Source: Narcine bancroftii
Lineage: Eukaryota
Assembly: GCF_036971445.1 (NCBI RefSeq)
Contig: NC_091469.1
Coordinates: 36,642,001-36,706,000 of the forward strand
Length of the DNA: 64,000 nucleotides
Direction of reading: 5' to 3'
Made by a program: the position numbers and the translations under genes. Below the pieces are notes generated by a model. The model worked only from the letters and a program-made list of their open reading frames with translations. It was not told the DNA's origin and did no database searches. The first letter of the stretch is position 1. Each line of letters opens with the position of its first letter. Shown here piece by piece: positions 1 through 12,377 of the stretch.

Positions 1-244
1 CACTTTCAACCTGAAACCTTAATTCTTCCCACAGATGCGGCCTAACCTGAATATTTTCAGTAATTTTGGTTTTTATTTTGGGCACTTCAGTGAATTGACT
101 CAGGACTATACCTGAGCCAATCCACTCCACCTCTTCCAAGAACCACTAAACTTTACTCTTCTTGGTCACCATACAACCATTTTATCTTCATACTGTCACA
201 GGGTCATACAAAGCTGGTCTTCAGCCCACTGTGTTTATATTGGT

Positions 245-1075
245 CATCACACTTCCATCTATAAAAAGCCCATTTACCAGAACTTGGTTTGGAGTCGGCA
301 ATGTCTTCCTATCACCTGAATATCCTAATAGTCTATAAATGTCAGTTCACAAACCTCTTGGCAATACCTTGTGGACTCCAACCACCCTTTGGGTGAAAAA
401 AACCTCAAATCTTCTCTAACCCTCCTAAAACTTGTTCTGAAACTATGGTTTCTAGATTTAAATACATTTTCTGAGGAAAACCTTTCCTGTTATCTACCAT
501 AACTACACCCTAATAATTTTGCATCATTATACTAGGCTTCCCTTCAGCCTCCTCTATGCTATAAGAAACAAACCCAACCTATCCGTTTCCTCCTCATAAT
601 TGTAACATTCCATCCCAGCACCACCCTGGTGCATCTTCTCTGCACTCTTTCCTGTGTAGTCATACCCTTCACCTGATGTGGCAACCAGAACTGCTCATAT
701 ACTTTAGCTGTGGCCTAATTAATGTTTGGTGTTATACCTAGTCTCTCTGCTTTTCCGTTCCACACACTTTCTAATCGAAGCATTAGCGACAGATATATTG
801 TATGTCATTTTCACTGCCTTCGCTACGTGTGCTATCAATTTCAGGGATATATGGCCATATAGACTGAAGTCCGTATGTGCTCTCAGGGCCTTATATTTGT
901 TGTGTATGTCCTATCCTTATAAATCCTCTCAAAGAGTCTACCAGTAAATGTACATCAGGATTAAATTCCATTTTCTATTGTTATCAACTAGTCAATATCC
1001 TGCAGCCAGATTATCAACAACACTTCCAATTTTTGTGTCACCTGTAAACTTTTTATAGAATCTCATGCGGCACAT
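245..1075 (-). mobile_element. Degenerate CR1-type LINE 3' fragment
   Basis: Reverse complement resembles CR1 ORF2 C-terminal and 3' sequence, like other copies in the window (for example 24410-25165 and 53880-54540). Boundaries approximate. Confidence 0.55.
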
Positions 1076-1770
1076 CTAGATCATTCTCCTAAGTAGGAAA
1101 GATGCAGTCTCCAGTGTCTCTGCCTCATCCATCCGCACCCACTACACATCGGGGCTGGTAAAAGATTGGTATGGTCATACTTCAAGTGCCACTGTTGGAT
1201 TAGACAGCCTGGTAGATACAACATGAATTCCATTTTCTGCAGAAATATCTGTTAGAACACAAGGAAACTTCATCCTGTACAGTCCAAAACTGAAAAGTGG
1301 TCACCTGTTAACTCAAAGGTCAATGGTACGCGTGTGAGAGAAAGAAAAGCATCTTTCAAATTGCAGAACCTGGGTAGCCCGCCTGAGACCCAGGTGTGGA
1401 TACTGGGGCAAAGGTGCTGAAAGCACCTTTCAAATCTCAGGGGGCCATTAAATTGACAACACACTCACGGGAACTATGTCAGTCTCTCCCCTCCCCCCCC
1501 CCACCTGATCATAGCCCCCCTCCCTCCCCCTCTGCAAGTGCTGACATCACCAGAGTAACTGGGTAGGCCATTGACCCATTCAAACGACCAGAGCAGGACG
1601 CCCGGATAAGTTTTACACTGAGTTCTCTGACAACTTCTGAGGTAGGTCAGGGACCCACTTGGGTTCTGACCAGGTTGACCCAGTTGGACCTTTTCAAATG
1701 ACCATGTAACTGGGGCACTAACCGTGTAAATTGCCCGGTTAACCCCATTTTACTTGGCTGTTTGAACGGC

Positions 1771-2022
1771 TCTAGAGAGAGAGAAAGAGTGATGGGGAGA
1801 GAGAGCAGGGAAGAAAGAGGGGGGAAGAGAGAGAGAGGGAAGAGAGAGAAAGGGGGGAGAGAGAGAGGGAAAGGAAGAGAGGGGCGAGAGAGAAGAGAGA
1901 GGGGGAAGAGAGAAGGGGAGAGAGAGAAAGGGAGAGGAAGAGAGGGGCAAGAGAGGGAGAGAGGGGGAAAGAGAAGGGGAGAGAGAGAAAGGGAAGAGAG
2001 AGAAAGGCGGAGAGAGAGGGAG
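1771..2022. repeat. Purine-only (GA/GGA) low-complexity tract upstream of CHRNA6
   Basis: About 250 bp of almost only G and A; this explains the spurious R/E/G and S/L/P ORFs. Confidence 0.9.
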
Positions 2023-2300
2023 CGAGCTCCTATTCCATTGTTCCTTCCGGGCGATATCTCTTTCTGTTCTCCAGCCTGCAGTGAGCTGACGCTAGGGGAG
2101 GAGCGCAGGCGTGATGGTTTGAGGATGACTGACAGGAGACGAGGAGTTCAAACCAGCAGCCGGAGATTCGAGGGAAAGAGCAGAGCCTTGGGTCTGCATT
2201 CGCCTTGTTCCAGCCCCAGTGTCTGAGTGAAGGTCCTTTCCCACCAGAACTGCCTTTGGCAAAGCAACTCTACCGCCGCATCTGCACTCAAGAGGAACAG
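2023..2300 (+). promoter_or_regulatory. Probable CHRNA6 proximal promoter / 5' UTR (CpG-enriched)
   Basis: Local GC and CpG enrichment directly upstream of the exon 1 ATG. The TSS cannot be determined from sequence. Confidence 0.4.
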
Positions 2301-2352
2301 ATGACAACTCTCGGGAAGACGCGACTATTAATCCTTATTGTTTTGATTCACG
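2301..2352 (+). CDS. CHRNA6: CHRNA6 exon 1 (signal peptide [17 protein letters not shown])
   Basis: ATG at 2301, hydrophobic stretch, donor G|GTAAGG; phase 1 matches exon 2. Confidence 0.75.
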
Positions 2353-5300
2353 GTAAGGGTATCTTTTTAACCTCAATAAAAATAAAGTTTGCGAATATAA
2401 GGACTTCGTGATTGGTCTAAAACCCGGGTTATTGTACAGCATGTGGTTCCTGCTGTCTGCAGACAAGAATGAGATATGCTATAATGGATATGTTTATGCC
2501 CTTTAAATGTCTTGTTTTATGTGTGCGTAGATTGTTTTAGTTTCAAAACAGAGGACCGTCTATTCCAGAGGATATTCCGCCGATATAATCAATTCATCAG
2601 ACCAGTCGAGAATGTCTCTGACCCCGTGATAGTGCAGTTCGAAGTCTCAATGTCCCAGCTGGTCAAAGTAGTAAGTGCATCCATGCATGGAGTTAACTTA
2701 ATTACAAGTGTGTTTTTCGATTTATGGTGCTGTTACCTTTCAGAGTTTAATTCATTCCATTTCAATCACCTCTTTGACAGGATGAAGTCAACCAAATAAT
2801 GGAGACAAATCTTTGGCTGCTGCATGTAAGTTGTATCAGGTGTACTGCACAGATGTTCACTTCCAGGGGACAATGACATCACTCATGTAACATCAGGCCC
2901 TGAATATGGTCCATTAATTTGGTTTCTCAGAAATGGGAAGCAGAACAGAGTGATTTTTGTCTATTTACTTCCAATCATCTGATGCTGCCCTGCTTAATTT
3001 CATCTCAATTCATTATCAGTAGCAAGCAGATGGACTGTGGCATGTGCACTGAAATATTAGCAGTGGAGCCATCAGAATTCTCCTCATTTATTTGAAAGAG
3101 TGAACAAAAAAGAAATCTTATTCCATTGTAGCATTGCAAATGACCATGATTCAAAGCCAATAATTTCCTTATTTACTTCTTTGCTTCTTCAAAATATCAC
3201 TGTGATCTGGTATCTGAAAGGCAGCATCTGTGAGAATTCTGATTCCCTCAGGACTGCATCTTAGATTTCTGTGCTCATGGTTCTGGAGTGGGTCTTGAAC
3301 CTTCTGATGCAGAGGCTAAAACATTGCTAACTGAGCAAGAGCTGGCACTTTAGGCCAACATGGAGCTATCCTCATGCCATGTTAGATTCCCTGATGACAT
3401 TGGAAACATCCTGGATCTTTGTAAAAAGAACTTTCATTGAGGCAGATGGAACTATTCCATTCACTTTAAACAAAATAAACAAGGAACCAAAACAAACATA
3501 TGCAATAAATGGCCAAGAGTAACTAGCCAGCTGCTGTTTGCTGGAGAGCAGAACTGCATGAGAGGAACTCAAGATAATATGGATCATTTTGTCTAGTATT
3601 CAAACCCTACAGCAACTCATTTTGATTATAAGTGCAGCTTAAGGGATCTATTTCCATTCTAGTATTGGGATTGTAGCTGCTGCTTTGTGGAAGTGGACCA
3701 TGTGGCATAAATTCTTTGACCCAGTACCACAGTAAAATATTGGGTGTTAAATAAAAAGAATTCTGAAACTCAGTAAATTGCCAGTCCAGCTTTGAAATTT
3801 TTTGGCTTTGTTGGTTTTCATTGGAATGCTATATTAGGATATTGTTTCTATTTCATCTACTCTCTGGAATGAAGAAAAACTATTTTGTTTTAAATTCTTA
3901 GTAAGTAGAATACAATTCCTTCTGTTAAATAGCTGAAAATATGCTAGATGTTCAAATAATATTTTCCTTTATTTCTAGGCTGTTCTTATTTCATCTCAAT
4001 AGTGTGTAATTTTCATTCATTATTTTATGCTAAATGTTAATTAAAATTATGCCATTCAAGTACAATTTGATGTCTTTAATGTAAGTGCCCAGTTAGTGTG
4101 CTTAATGGTATTATAGTAACTTGGACACAGGAGGTTCTATGGGACTGATACGACATCATAAATGATTTTGGAAAGGAATAAGAGCTCACGAGACACTTTT
4201 GGCAACTTCCTTCTGGGTCAGTAGCAAAGCAACATCGTTTAATAACAAAATCATACAGGTTTTATTGATTGTTAAATACTAAGCAATACAGTTGCTGCCA
4301 CAACTAACATCAGGTGATTTCATGGTAGCAAAAGGAAATCTGGTTTACTGATTACTAAAATTATTTGTTCATTAATTTTCAGTTAAAAATGAAACCAACT
4401 ATAATGTTAAATTATGGATTTCATTATCTGTGACCCTTTTTGCAAGAAGAATGATTATACAGTAATTTGAATCAAATGGGTAATCATAGTGTAAAATAAT
4501 ATCAGTAAATAGGTAGTGAATTGTGACCATTAAATAATCATTCTATTGATAAAACAAGACATATCCCGAAACTGAATGCATTTCCTTTCTTCCCTGAGCA
4601 CTTCTAACAGATCTGGAATGATTACAAATTCCGATGGAATCCAATTGATTATAATGGAATCAAGTATATCCGAGTTCCATCTGATATGATTTGGAAACCA
4701 GATATTGTGCTGTATAATAAGTAAGTGTCACAGGATGTATAAATTGGTACCAGTGCATCAATTTTATGAGAGAATGTGTTGCTATTTCCACAGGTATTTG
4801 AAAGTTTCACTTATTAGTTTTGGATTTTTCACCTTTGCAGTGCAGTTGGTGCTTTCCAAGTTGAAGACAAAACCAAGGCCCTTCTCAAGTATGATGGCAC
4901 TGTTACCTGGATGCCTCCTGCTATTTTCAAAAGCTCCTGCCCAATGGACATCACTTATTTTCCATTTGACTATCAGAATTGCTCGATGAAATTTGGATCT
5001 TGGACCTACGATAAAGCTGAGATTGACCTAACAATCATAGGGACCAAAGTAAATCTGAAGGATTTCTGGGAGAGTGGTGAATGGGAGATCATTGATGCCC
5101 CTGGATATAAACATGAACTTAAGTATAATTGTTGTGAAGAGATTTATCCTGATATCACTTATTCTTTCTATATACGTAGACTGCCTTTATTTTATACGAT
5201 CAACTTGATCATTCCCTGTCTGTTAATCTCTTTTCTAACTGTTCTAGTTTTTTATCTGCCCTCTGACTGTGGAGAAAAGGTCACTCTCTGTATATCTGTC

Positions 5301-8300
5301 CTTCTCTCCTTGACAGTGTTTCTTCTGGTTATCACTGAAACTATCCCTTCCACCTCCCTGGTAATCCCTCTGATTGGTGAGTACCTCTTGTTCACAATGA
5401 TATTTGTAACCCTCTCTATCATTATAACAGTCTTTGTTCTGAATGTGCATTACCGAACACCAACCACTCACATCATGCCGAGGTGGGTGCAAAAAACCTT
5501 CTTGGAATTCCTACCTAAAGTTATGTTGCTAAGAAAACCGTTGGAAGAAAAGAAAATCAAGAAATTAAGAAACAAGCAAAAAAAGGATAAATGTACCCAG
5601 AAAGACTGCACCAACCATCTGGAATATGATGGCTTCATGTTCCCAAAAGATCAGCTGAAATATCATTGCCAATACTGCAAAGGGCCCATGAGTACAGCGA
5701 CCTCCAACTTGCAAGGACAAATCAGTCTTCAGTCATTTGACTCTCTGCTTAATGACTCATTTCTTTCTTCTGAAATCCAACAGACTATAGAGAGTATTAA
5801 ATATATTGCAGAAAATACAAGGAGTCAGAATGAAGCCAAAGAGGTAAGTAAAATTGTTGACTTTGTCTCCATTAAATGAGTCAGATTGAGGCAGCGCACC
5901 CCTGTTCTACTGCATTGGATACTGCCACCATGACTTTCCATACCTTTCTCTTTCATGCCATTCTTGCTTCACACATTGTAAATATATCTATCATACATGC
6001 CTCAGTCACTGTCTGTGGCAATGAATTCCACAAACCTCCCACTCACCCGGGAAGGCAGGTCCTCCTGAATTCCCTTTTCCATTTATTCAAACTTGTCATA
6101 TGGGTACTGGGCCTCTGTATATCTACTCCAACATATTGTTTGATAATTTTTAAAAAAGCATGTTTGGTTTACCTCTAAACATTTTCTTTTAAGGAAGGTC
6201 CAACCATTTATTTTGTGTATGAACCAGATAAACCTTTAATGGACTTCCTCCAGCACCTCACCATACTTCTAATATATGATTGTGTGCACTCATTTATCTG
6301 CCCTATTACATCTTCCAGCCAAACATTGGTGATGCTACTCAACAATTCATATCTTACTGCCATAAGGTGAATATCTCTTCAGCATAAAGATATATACAAA
6401 TTTCAATTTACTCAAAATCACACTTCCCTTCTAGATTTTTCTCCTATTGACTAATAAAGATACAAAAAAAAATGATTTGAACCCAGCCAGAAAGTCAATA
6501 ACTTTTCCTGTTCCCATTATTCCAGACCTGATATCCTAAGTATCTGTAAAGGAGCATATTTATCCAAGGGAATTATTCAACCAATGGGGCAGAATATCAC
6601 AGTACACAATTTTAAAGAAAGATGCAGTGTGCTCACAATGTATGTTCCAAAGTGATCAGTTATTATAAGAAGCTATTCATAACTACCCCCTCCCCCAATA
6701 ATATGTTAAGATAAATATGTACATCCATAATTCACTCAGGTTATTTGGTATTATCTGTATCAGCATTAATATTCACAAATAAGGATCTGTTTAAATTTAC
6801 ACCTTACTTATATCTTTAAAAAAATATTATGTTTAGTATTTAATTCATTCTTATATTGATTCACATTTCTATTTCTACATTTGTTAATTTACACATTTTT
6901 CATGATAAACTTTATTACAAAGCGAGCATATTTTATTTTTTGGTTTGCTAAATCTTGATATCAGTGTTGATTCTAATGAATTGTTATTTTTCTTTGATAA
7001 CTCTGGTAGGGTCGAGCCCTGTATTCTTAAGATTAATGTCAGCAAACTAGCTCTATTTTTATTTAATATTATGAGGTACAGTTCATTATTGGATATAAAC
7101 AAGAAACCCCAAGTGATCAAAGAATAACATTGAGAACATAGATGAAAGGTGAAGTGAACAATGAAAAATAATTTTCCAGACTATAATACATACTCAAATA
7201 CAGTTTCATGTGAAGGTTTATAAAATCATGAAGGGAGTAGATAAAGTATTTTTCCCAGAGTAGAGGAATCTAAAGCTAGAAGATATAGATTTAAGATGAG
7301 AGGAGAAAGACATTAAAGGGGATCTTAAAGGCCATTGTTTTTTCCACACAGAGGGTGGTGGGTACATGGAACAAGCTGCCAGCAGAAGTGATAGAGTTGG
7401 GTATAATCATAACATTTAAAAGACATTTAGGCAGGTCCATGGATAGGGTAAGTTTATAAAATATATGGAACCAGTTTGGGTAGACATCTTGGTTGGCATG
7501 GACAAGTTGGGCTGAAGGGCCTGTTTCTGTACTCCAAAACACTGACTCTAATTTGCTCTCACTTTTAGATGGTACACAGCAGTATATTTTCCAATGAACC
7601 CAGTACGTTTAAAGAGAACACAGGAAAATGGATCCCAGTGAGTTTCAAGGGAGTGTTGATTACAGAACCAAACGAATACAAGGGAGCACACAAAGTAGGG
7701 CCTCAGTGAGTTTAAAGGGGTTTTGGGAACCTGGAACCTCTGTGTGTTAAAGGGAGGGCAGAAATGATCAGCTAGATGCCAAATGATAAGTTGGTAGTGG
7801 ATTATCCAAGTTTCATTTATTGATTTCAGGCTACACCTGATCTTGTAAAGCTCCTTTTCCAAAATTATATCCTTCCTTTTTTCTAAAGTAAACAGGTGGA
7901 AATCACAAGATCTGTGACCCATTTCAGTCATCACACTGAAACCATACCCTTATCAAAAGAGGTTTTCTGAGCTACACATGAGATCCACAGATATTCTATT
8001 TTTGTAGTATTTGTTGAGAATTTAAAATATCGACTGACACTATAAGTGAGGCATTGATTTACAGATAGCTGAGATAATAGTTAATCAGGTAGAAGAGAGA
8101 TCTTATTCAGAGAAGATCTGTGGTATTCTCACAGTCATCTAGGCCATCCATTCTCAACATTAATTTGGCTCTGGACCCCTTAGGACACTGCTCTTCCTAT
8201 GAAGCAATCAGCAGAGAACTGTTAACATTGTGACATTGTGATTTATTATTGTTTGTTTTAATTATCTTATATAGGTTGATTTAAATAAAAAAATTCAAAA

Positions 8301-8891
8301 AAAAAAGCAGTAAAGTTTAGTTCTTCTGTGCTTACTGACTACATAAAAAGCATAGTAATATATTTTATGATTTCAGTCTGTGCCCCCCCCCCCATAAATG
8401 TGATATGATGTGGCTCTCAGGGGGAGCAGTATGGCCCCCCATTGAGAATGGCTGATCTAGCCCAATGATTTTCTCTCAATCGCTACCAACAAGCAAAGAT
8501 CATTTATGGGCATTTATTTGATTAATGGTTCTGTGATCTTGTTTTCCTTGAAATTGTAAGTTTGTTTAGCACAGAATAAGTGTACTGAATTTACACCACA
8601 TCTTACAAAATATTGTAGATTAAGATGATGAAAAATTTTAAAAAACATGAAATAAGTGATTCCATTACTTTGCTTGAAATCAACTTTTCCTGTCCCATGT
8701 TTTTGTTTGGTTTCAAAAGTTGTGAAAGAAGTCATTTGGTAACAGGGTATTCTATTTTTGTCTTGCAGGTGGAAGATGATTGGAAATATGTGGCTATGGT
8801 AATGGACAGGATATTCCTGTGGGTTTTCATTTTAGTTTGTGTTCTGGGAACTGCAGGGTTGTTTCTACAGCCATTGATGATGACAGAATAA
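2301..8891 (+). CDS. CHRNA6: Neuronal nicotinic acetylcholine receptor subunit alpha-6, spliced gene, 6 coding exons, about 490 aa
   Basis: Exons 2301-2352, 2531-2670, 2781-2825, 4611-4720, 4841-5843 and 8769-8891 join in frame (1473 nt). Cys-loop [15 protein letters not shown], vicinal loop-C cysteines YNCCEEIY (alpha subunit) and M1-M4 are present. [33 protein letters not shown] and linkage to CHRNB3 favour alpha6 over alpha3. Confidence 0.9.
2531..2670 (+). CDS. CHRNA6: CHRNA6 exon 2
   Basis: TAG acceptor; [40 protein letters not shown]; GTAAGT donor. Confidence 0.93.
2781..2825 (+). CDS. CHRNA6: CHRNA6 exon 3 (45 nt)
   Basis: CAG|[15 protein letters not shown]|GTAAGT, the canonical 45-nt nAChR exon. 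Confidence 0.93.
3205..3350 (-). mobile_element. Old tRNA-derived SINE fragment (SacSINE1/DeuSINE-like head) in CHRNA6 intron 3
   Basis: Reverse complement reads GCTCAGTTAGCAATGTTTTAGCCTCTGCATCAGAAGGTTCAAGACCCACTCCAGAACCATGAGCACA, a tRNA-like head with a B box. Family recognised from memory. Confidence 0.5.
4611..4720 (+). CDS. CHRNA6: CHRNA6 exon 4 (110 nt)
   Basis: CAG|[36 protein letters not shown]|GTAAGT. Confidence 0.93.
4841..5843 (+). CDS. CHRNA6: CHRNA6 exon 5 (Cys-loop, loop C, M1-M3, cytoplasmic loop)
   Basis: Overlaps ORF 4911-5879; acceptor TTTGCAG at 4840, donor GAG|GTAAGT at 5843. Confidence 0.95.
6190..7130 (-). mobile_element. Degenerate L1-clade LINE ORF2 fragments
   Basis: AT-rich minus-strand coding remnants similar in character to the L1-like element at 50440-51870; heavily decayed. 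Confidence 0.4.
7210..7545 (+). mobile_element. CR1-type LINE 3' end
   Basis: GTTTATAAAATCATGAAGGG...CACACAGAGGGTGGTGGG...GGGCTGAAGGGCCTGTTTCTGT, a typical CR1 3' terminus. Confidence 0.65.
8145..8454. mobile_element. hAT (Charlie-type) MITE, about 310 bp, in CHRNA6 intron 5
   Basis: TIRs CATCCATTCTCAA / TTGAGAATGGCTG (12/13 match); 8-bp TSD ATCTAGGC (8137-8144) / ATCTAGCC (8455-8462). Confidence 0.75.
8769..8891 (+). CDS. CHRNA6: CHRNA6 exon 6 (M4, stop)
   Basis: CAG|[40 protein letters not shown]. Confidence 0.93.
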   Translation: MEDDWKYVAMVMDRIFLWVFILVCVLGTAGLFLQPLMMTE

Positions 8892-10195
8892 TTGTGTAGC
8901 ATTTAATACCTATAAAAGTCAATAGTATTAAGATCCAGTTTGTCATGTGACATTGCAATCTACATTACATTAAAAAAATTAAAATGACTGCACTGAAATC
9001 TCCATTTTTCATACTGTGGAAATATTGATTGTTAACAAATCACTGACATGGCCACTTATGGACAAAACAACAAATCATCTATAGTACTATTCATATTATC
9101 ATATCTAAGACTTGAGATCATGTCCAGAGTGTGTAGCAAGAGATGTGATGAATATTTCATGAAAAAGCACTGTTTAACATTGGAAATGAAATTAACCGCA
9201 AAATTATCTCCTGGATTTTTCAATTTTTTTTTCTTATTACCTAGTAATGATTTGGTTGAGGATATGCAATAAACTGTAGATGCTGGAATCTGGAGCAAAC
9301 CCTCATCTGGAAAACTCAGCATTAGTGGGAGTAAAGAAATGGTCAATATTTTGGGCTGGAACCTTCAACAGGACTGAGAGGAGATGGCCAGAATTATGAG
9401 GGCAGAATGGCAGGAGTTGGACAAGGGGCCAGTAGGGAATAGGTGAACTAGAGAGGGATGAAGAATGACTATTCGTTCCAGCTTTTAAAATAGGATGCAC
9501 TTTCTACACATTTTGCCTGAAATATCTTGTGCACCATTTTTTTTTCAGAGTAAAATGAAGCATTTATTTGACAGGAATGCTCAAGTGAGGAATTTTAAGA
9601 CAAGAAGTAAAGTTTTGATATTGTTTCCAACACATGGCAATCCTTTGAGAACAAGATTTTCTGGACCATACGTAATTTTTAATTTTTTTTTAAATTTTTC
9701 ACACTATGAACCATACTGACCAAAATACACACAAACATTTCCCTCTTGAATATACACAGTGTCATTTCCTCCCCTTTCCCCCCCCCCCCCCCACCTTTGG
9801 TGCATCATATTTTAAGAAAAAAAACACATTTGCTTCACCCTTTAGGTAACCACATGACTAATCTCTATTGATTTCAAATTATTTTTCATGCATGTTTCAA
9901 TTCATCTATGAAGTGTGGATACCATTGATAAGGCTGGTATTTACTGCATGTACCTAACTGGGGAGGCAGTGAGCAGTCAACACCTTGATGGGGACTTGCA
10001 ATTATACATAAACTAGGCTGGGTCAGGATGGTTGATTGTCTTCTCTGAAGGGCGTTGGTAAATCAATGAGATTTTGATGGCAATCATTTGATTTTATCGT
10101 CATCTTTACAACTGCTATTGTGATTTATCTAATTGTTGTATTTAAGTTTCTCATATGACCTCAGTTTTTTGGATTATTGGTTCATCCCTCTAGAT

Positions 10196-10874
10196 CACAC
10201 ATGTCAAACTCAGGCCCGTGGGCCAAATTTGGCCCATGATATAATTATATTTGGGCCGCAAGATCATATCAAATATGTATTAGACCTGGCCCGCTGGCCG
10301 CCACGCCAGTATAGCGCATGCACAGCTAATACTACAAATCCCAGAATGCTTTGCAAATGCGTTGGCACCGGCCCGTCAGCCCGCTAATCGCCCCCACCTC
10401 CTCTCTTTACTTTCATTAGCATCTGCGACCTGTCGCCCAACTCACATGTAATAAACCCCTCACGAAAAATGGCCAAACGAAAGACAGAAAACAGGACCTT
10501 TCAAGACAGGTGGGAGGCAGACTATATGTTCATCATTTTAAAAGACAACCCTGTTTGTCATTGAAGCAAGTTGTTATTTTTTTGACTTGTTGGCTTGTGA
10601 AAAAAAACCATTTAAAAGGAGCTTAAAGGCTATAGAGAAATATTATTTATTGAATATCTTATTTCTCATTTGTTAATGCTTCTTCTGGAAAGAGTTTAAC
10701 CAAAACTATTATTAAACATTTATTTTAATAAGAAAAAGTTTAACATTACATATGTTGAAAGAAGTGAAAACATGGAGATGTTTTTGAAAATTTTCAATAA
10801 ATATTTAGTTTGGCTCATGACTTAGTCCAAGTTTTTAATTTTGGCCCACTGTGAATTTGAGTTTGACACCCCTG
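10196..10874 (+). mobile_element. Internally deleted Charlie-group hAT DNA transposon
   Basis: Perfect 8-bp TSD CTCTAGAT (10188-10195 and 10875-10882); TIRs CAnnnnTGTCAAACTCA; transposase N-terminus MAKRKTENRTFQDRWEADYMF from 10469. Confidence 0.88.
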
Positions 10875-12377
10875 CTCTAGATCATAAATAGATAACTACT
10901 CTGTCATCCAAATTTTTAATCTGCAAACTAATTTGTTGGACTTGGTGCAAAGGGTTGATTTTATAGAGATTATATATCTGTGCTTTCACACTGATAACAT
11001 GGGGTGCTGATTATACTAATTTAATCAGCACTGATTCAAGGATGTCTTCTATGTAATGAACAACTATGGTTCACTACGACCTCATGCCTCTGACCTCAGG
11101 CAGTGAGGATAGAAGGGCTGTTTGGATCTGGGAAGCATTATAATCAAAAACTTTTGCAGCTGCTACATACCGATTAAGGGATCAAAGGTTCCTTTAATTG
11201 TCATGTAATAATACATTAAAAATGTAATATACATGATATACTTCAACTTTTGTCTGACATAAGACAGTCACCATGAGCATTGGCCAGCACCCCTAACAAT
11301 AGGAGAAAGAGGCTCTAATTTGTACAAAGCAATATTTATTTATCTTTTATCGATAAAATACTTGACCAGCATAGTATTATTTGTTTGGTTGTATATCTGC
11401 ATGTTTTCGCACTGACACCCAGAGAGCGCTGTTTTGTCGGATTGTACTTTCCGCAATCAGATGACAATAAACTTGACTTGAAAGAGAAACAAAAGAGACT
11501 CCCTTCAGAGACACAGGAAAAGAGATTACTGCTCTTCCTCACCCACCTACCATTCCCACACCATGCCTGTGGAGTTGTATCACTGCTATATCGTGGACTG
11601 GGCTGACCTCTGAAGTTCAGTCTGAGATACAGATGCAAAACTTAAAGTCGTCCAACTCATAACAATGTGAATTTATGGTGGATCTTGCAAAGGAAGAAGG
11701 AAAAATAATAAATTTACTTGGACTCGGCCACATATTAATGCACAATGGTTCTCATGGTGAGAGCTTTAGTGTTGTTATGGGAATCAACGTGTAGTAATTT
11801 ATGGTATACTTTTAGGATTTGAGGGTGGCACAGTGATTAAATTAACAGAATATTAGCCCAAATATCAGAACCCATTCGAATCATATTACAGCTACTGTAA
11901 TCCAGCACTCCCACTAATGCGGATCTGGGAGGGAGCAGAACCATTTCTTCCAGTACTGCTCCACAGGGGCCTATGGCCCAATTATCGTGCCTGACAGCCC
12001 TGTACATGTTTAAACTGCCTGTAGAATGGGGTTGGTGGTGTTTTTAATAGCAAAGAAACCCAAACAGGACTGTGCCCGATGTTTGGTACCGCAGAACACG
12101 AGGATTGTGGGCTCTGTGGGAATAAGCAGATGGTGCAGGGTTCTAAAACAGGAGATTCATTTCCCCCCCCCCCCACACCCCCATCCCTGTTCACCAAATA
12201 GAAGCTGGAGAGAAAACCCTATAGGGTAGGAGACCACAGAAGCAGGTTGACATAGAGATAAGTGATCAAAGTCTGCATTACCAGGCTGTAGGCTGCTGAC
12301 AGAGTCCTGAAGAAGGACAGGGCCTTAGGCACCGACAAATATGATAATCATTTTGGGGGTTCAGAAGCAGGGTGATC

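Noticed and set aside
1345-1775. Possible Harbinger-like MITE upstream of CHRNA6
   Set aside because: It has recurring TTTCAAAT-like motifs, but I could not define convincing TIRs or a TSD.
1750-2226. R/E/G-rich and S/L/P-rich ORFs upstream of CHRNA6
   Set aside because: They are translations of a polypurine low-complexity tract.
2301-8891. Calling the first gene CHRNA3 and the second CHRNA5
   Set aside because: The second gene lacks vicinal cysteines and has beta3 motifs. The first has alpha6-type residues, and alpha6 is the known neighbour of beta3.
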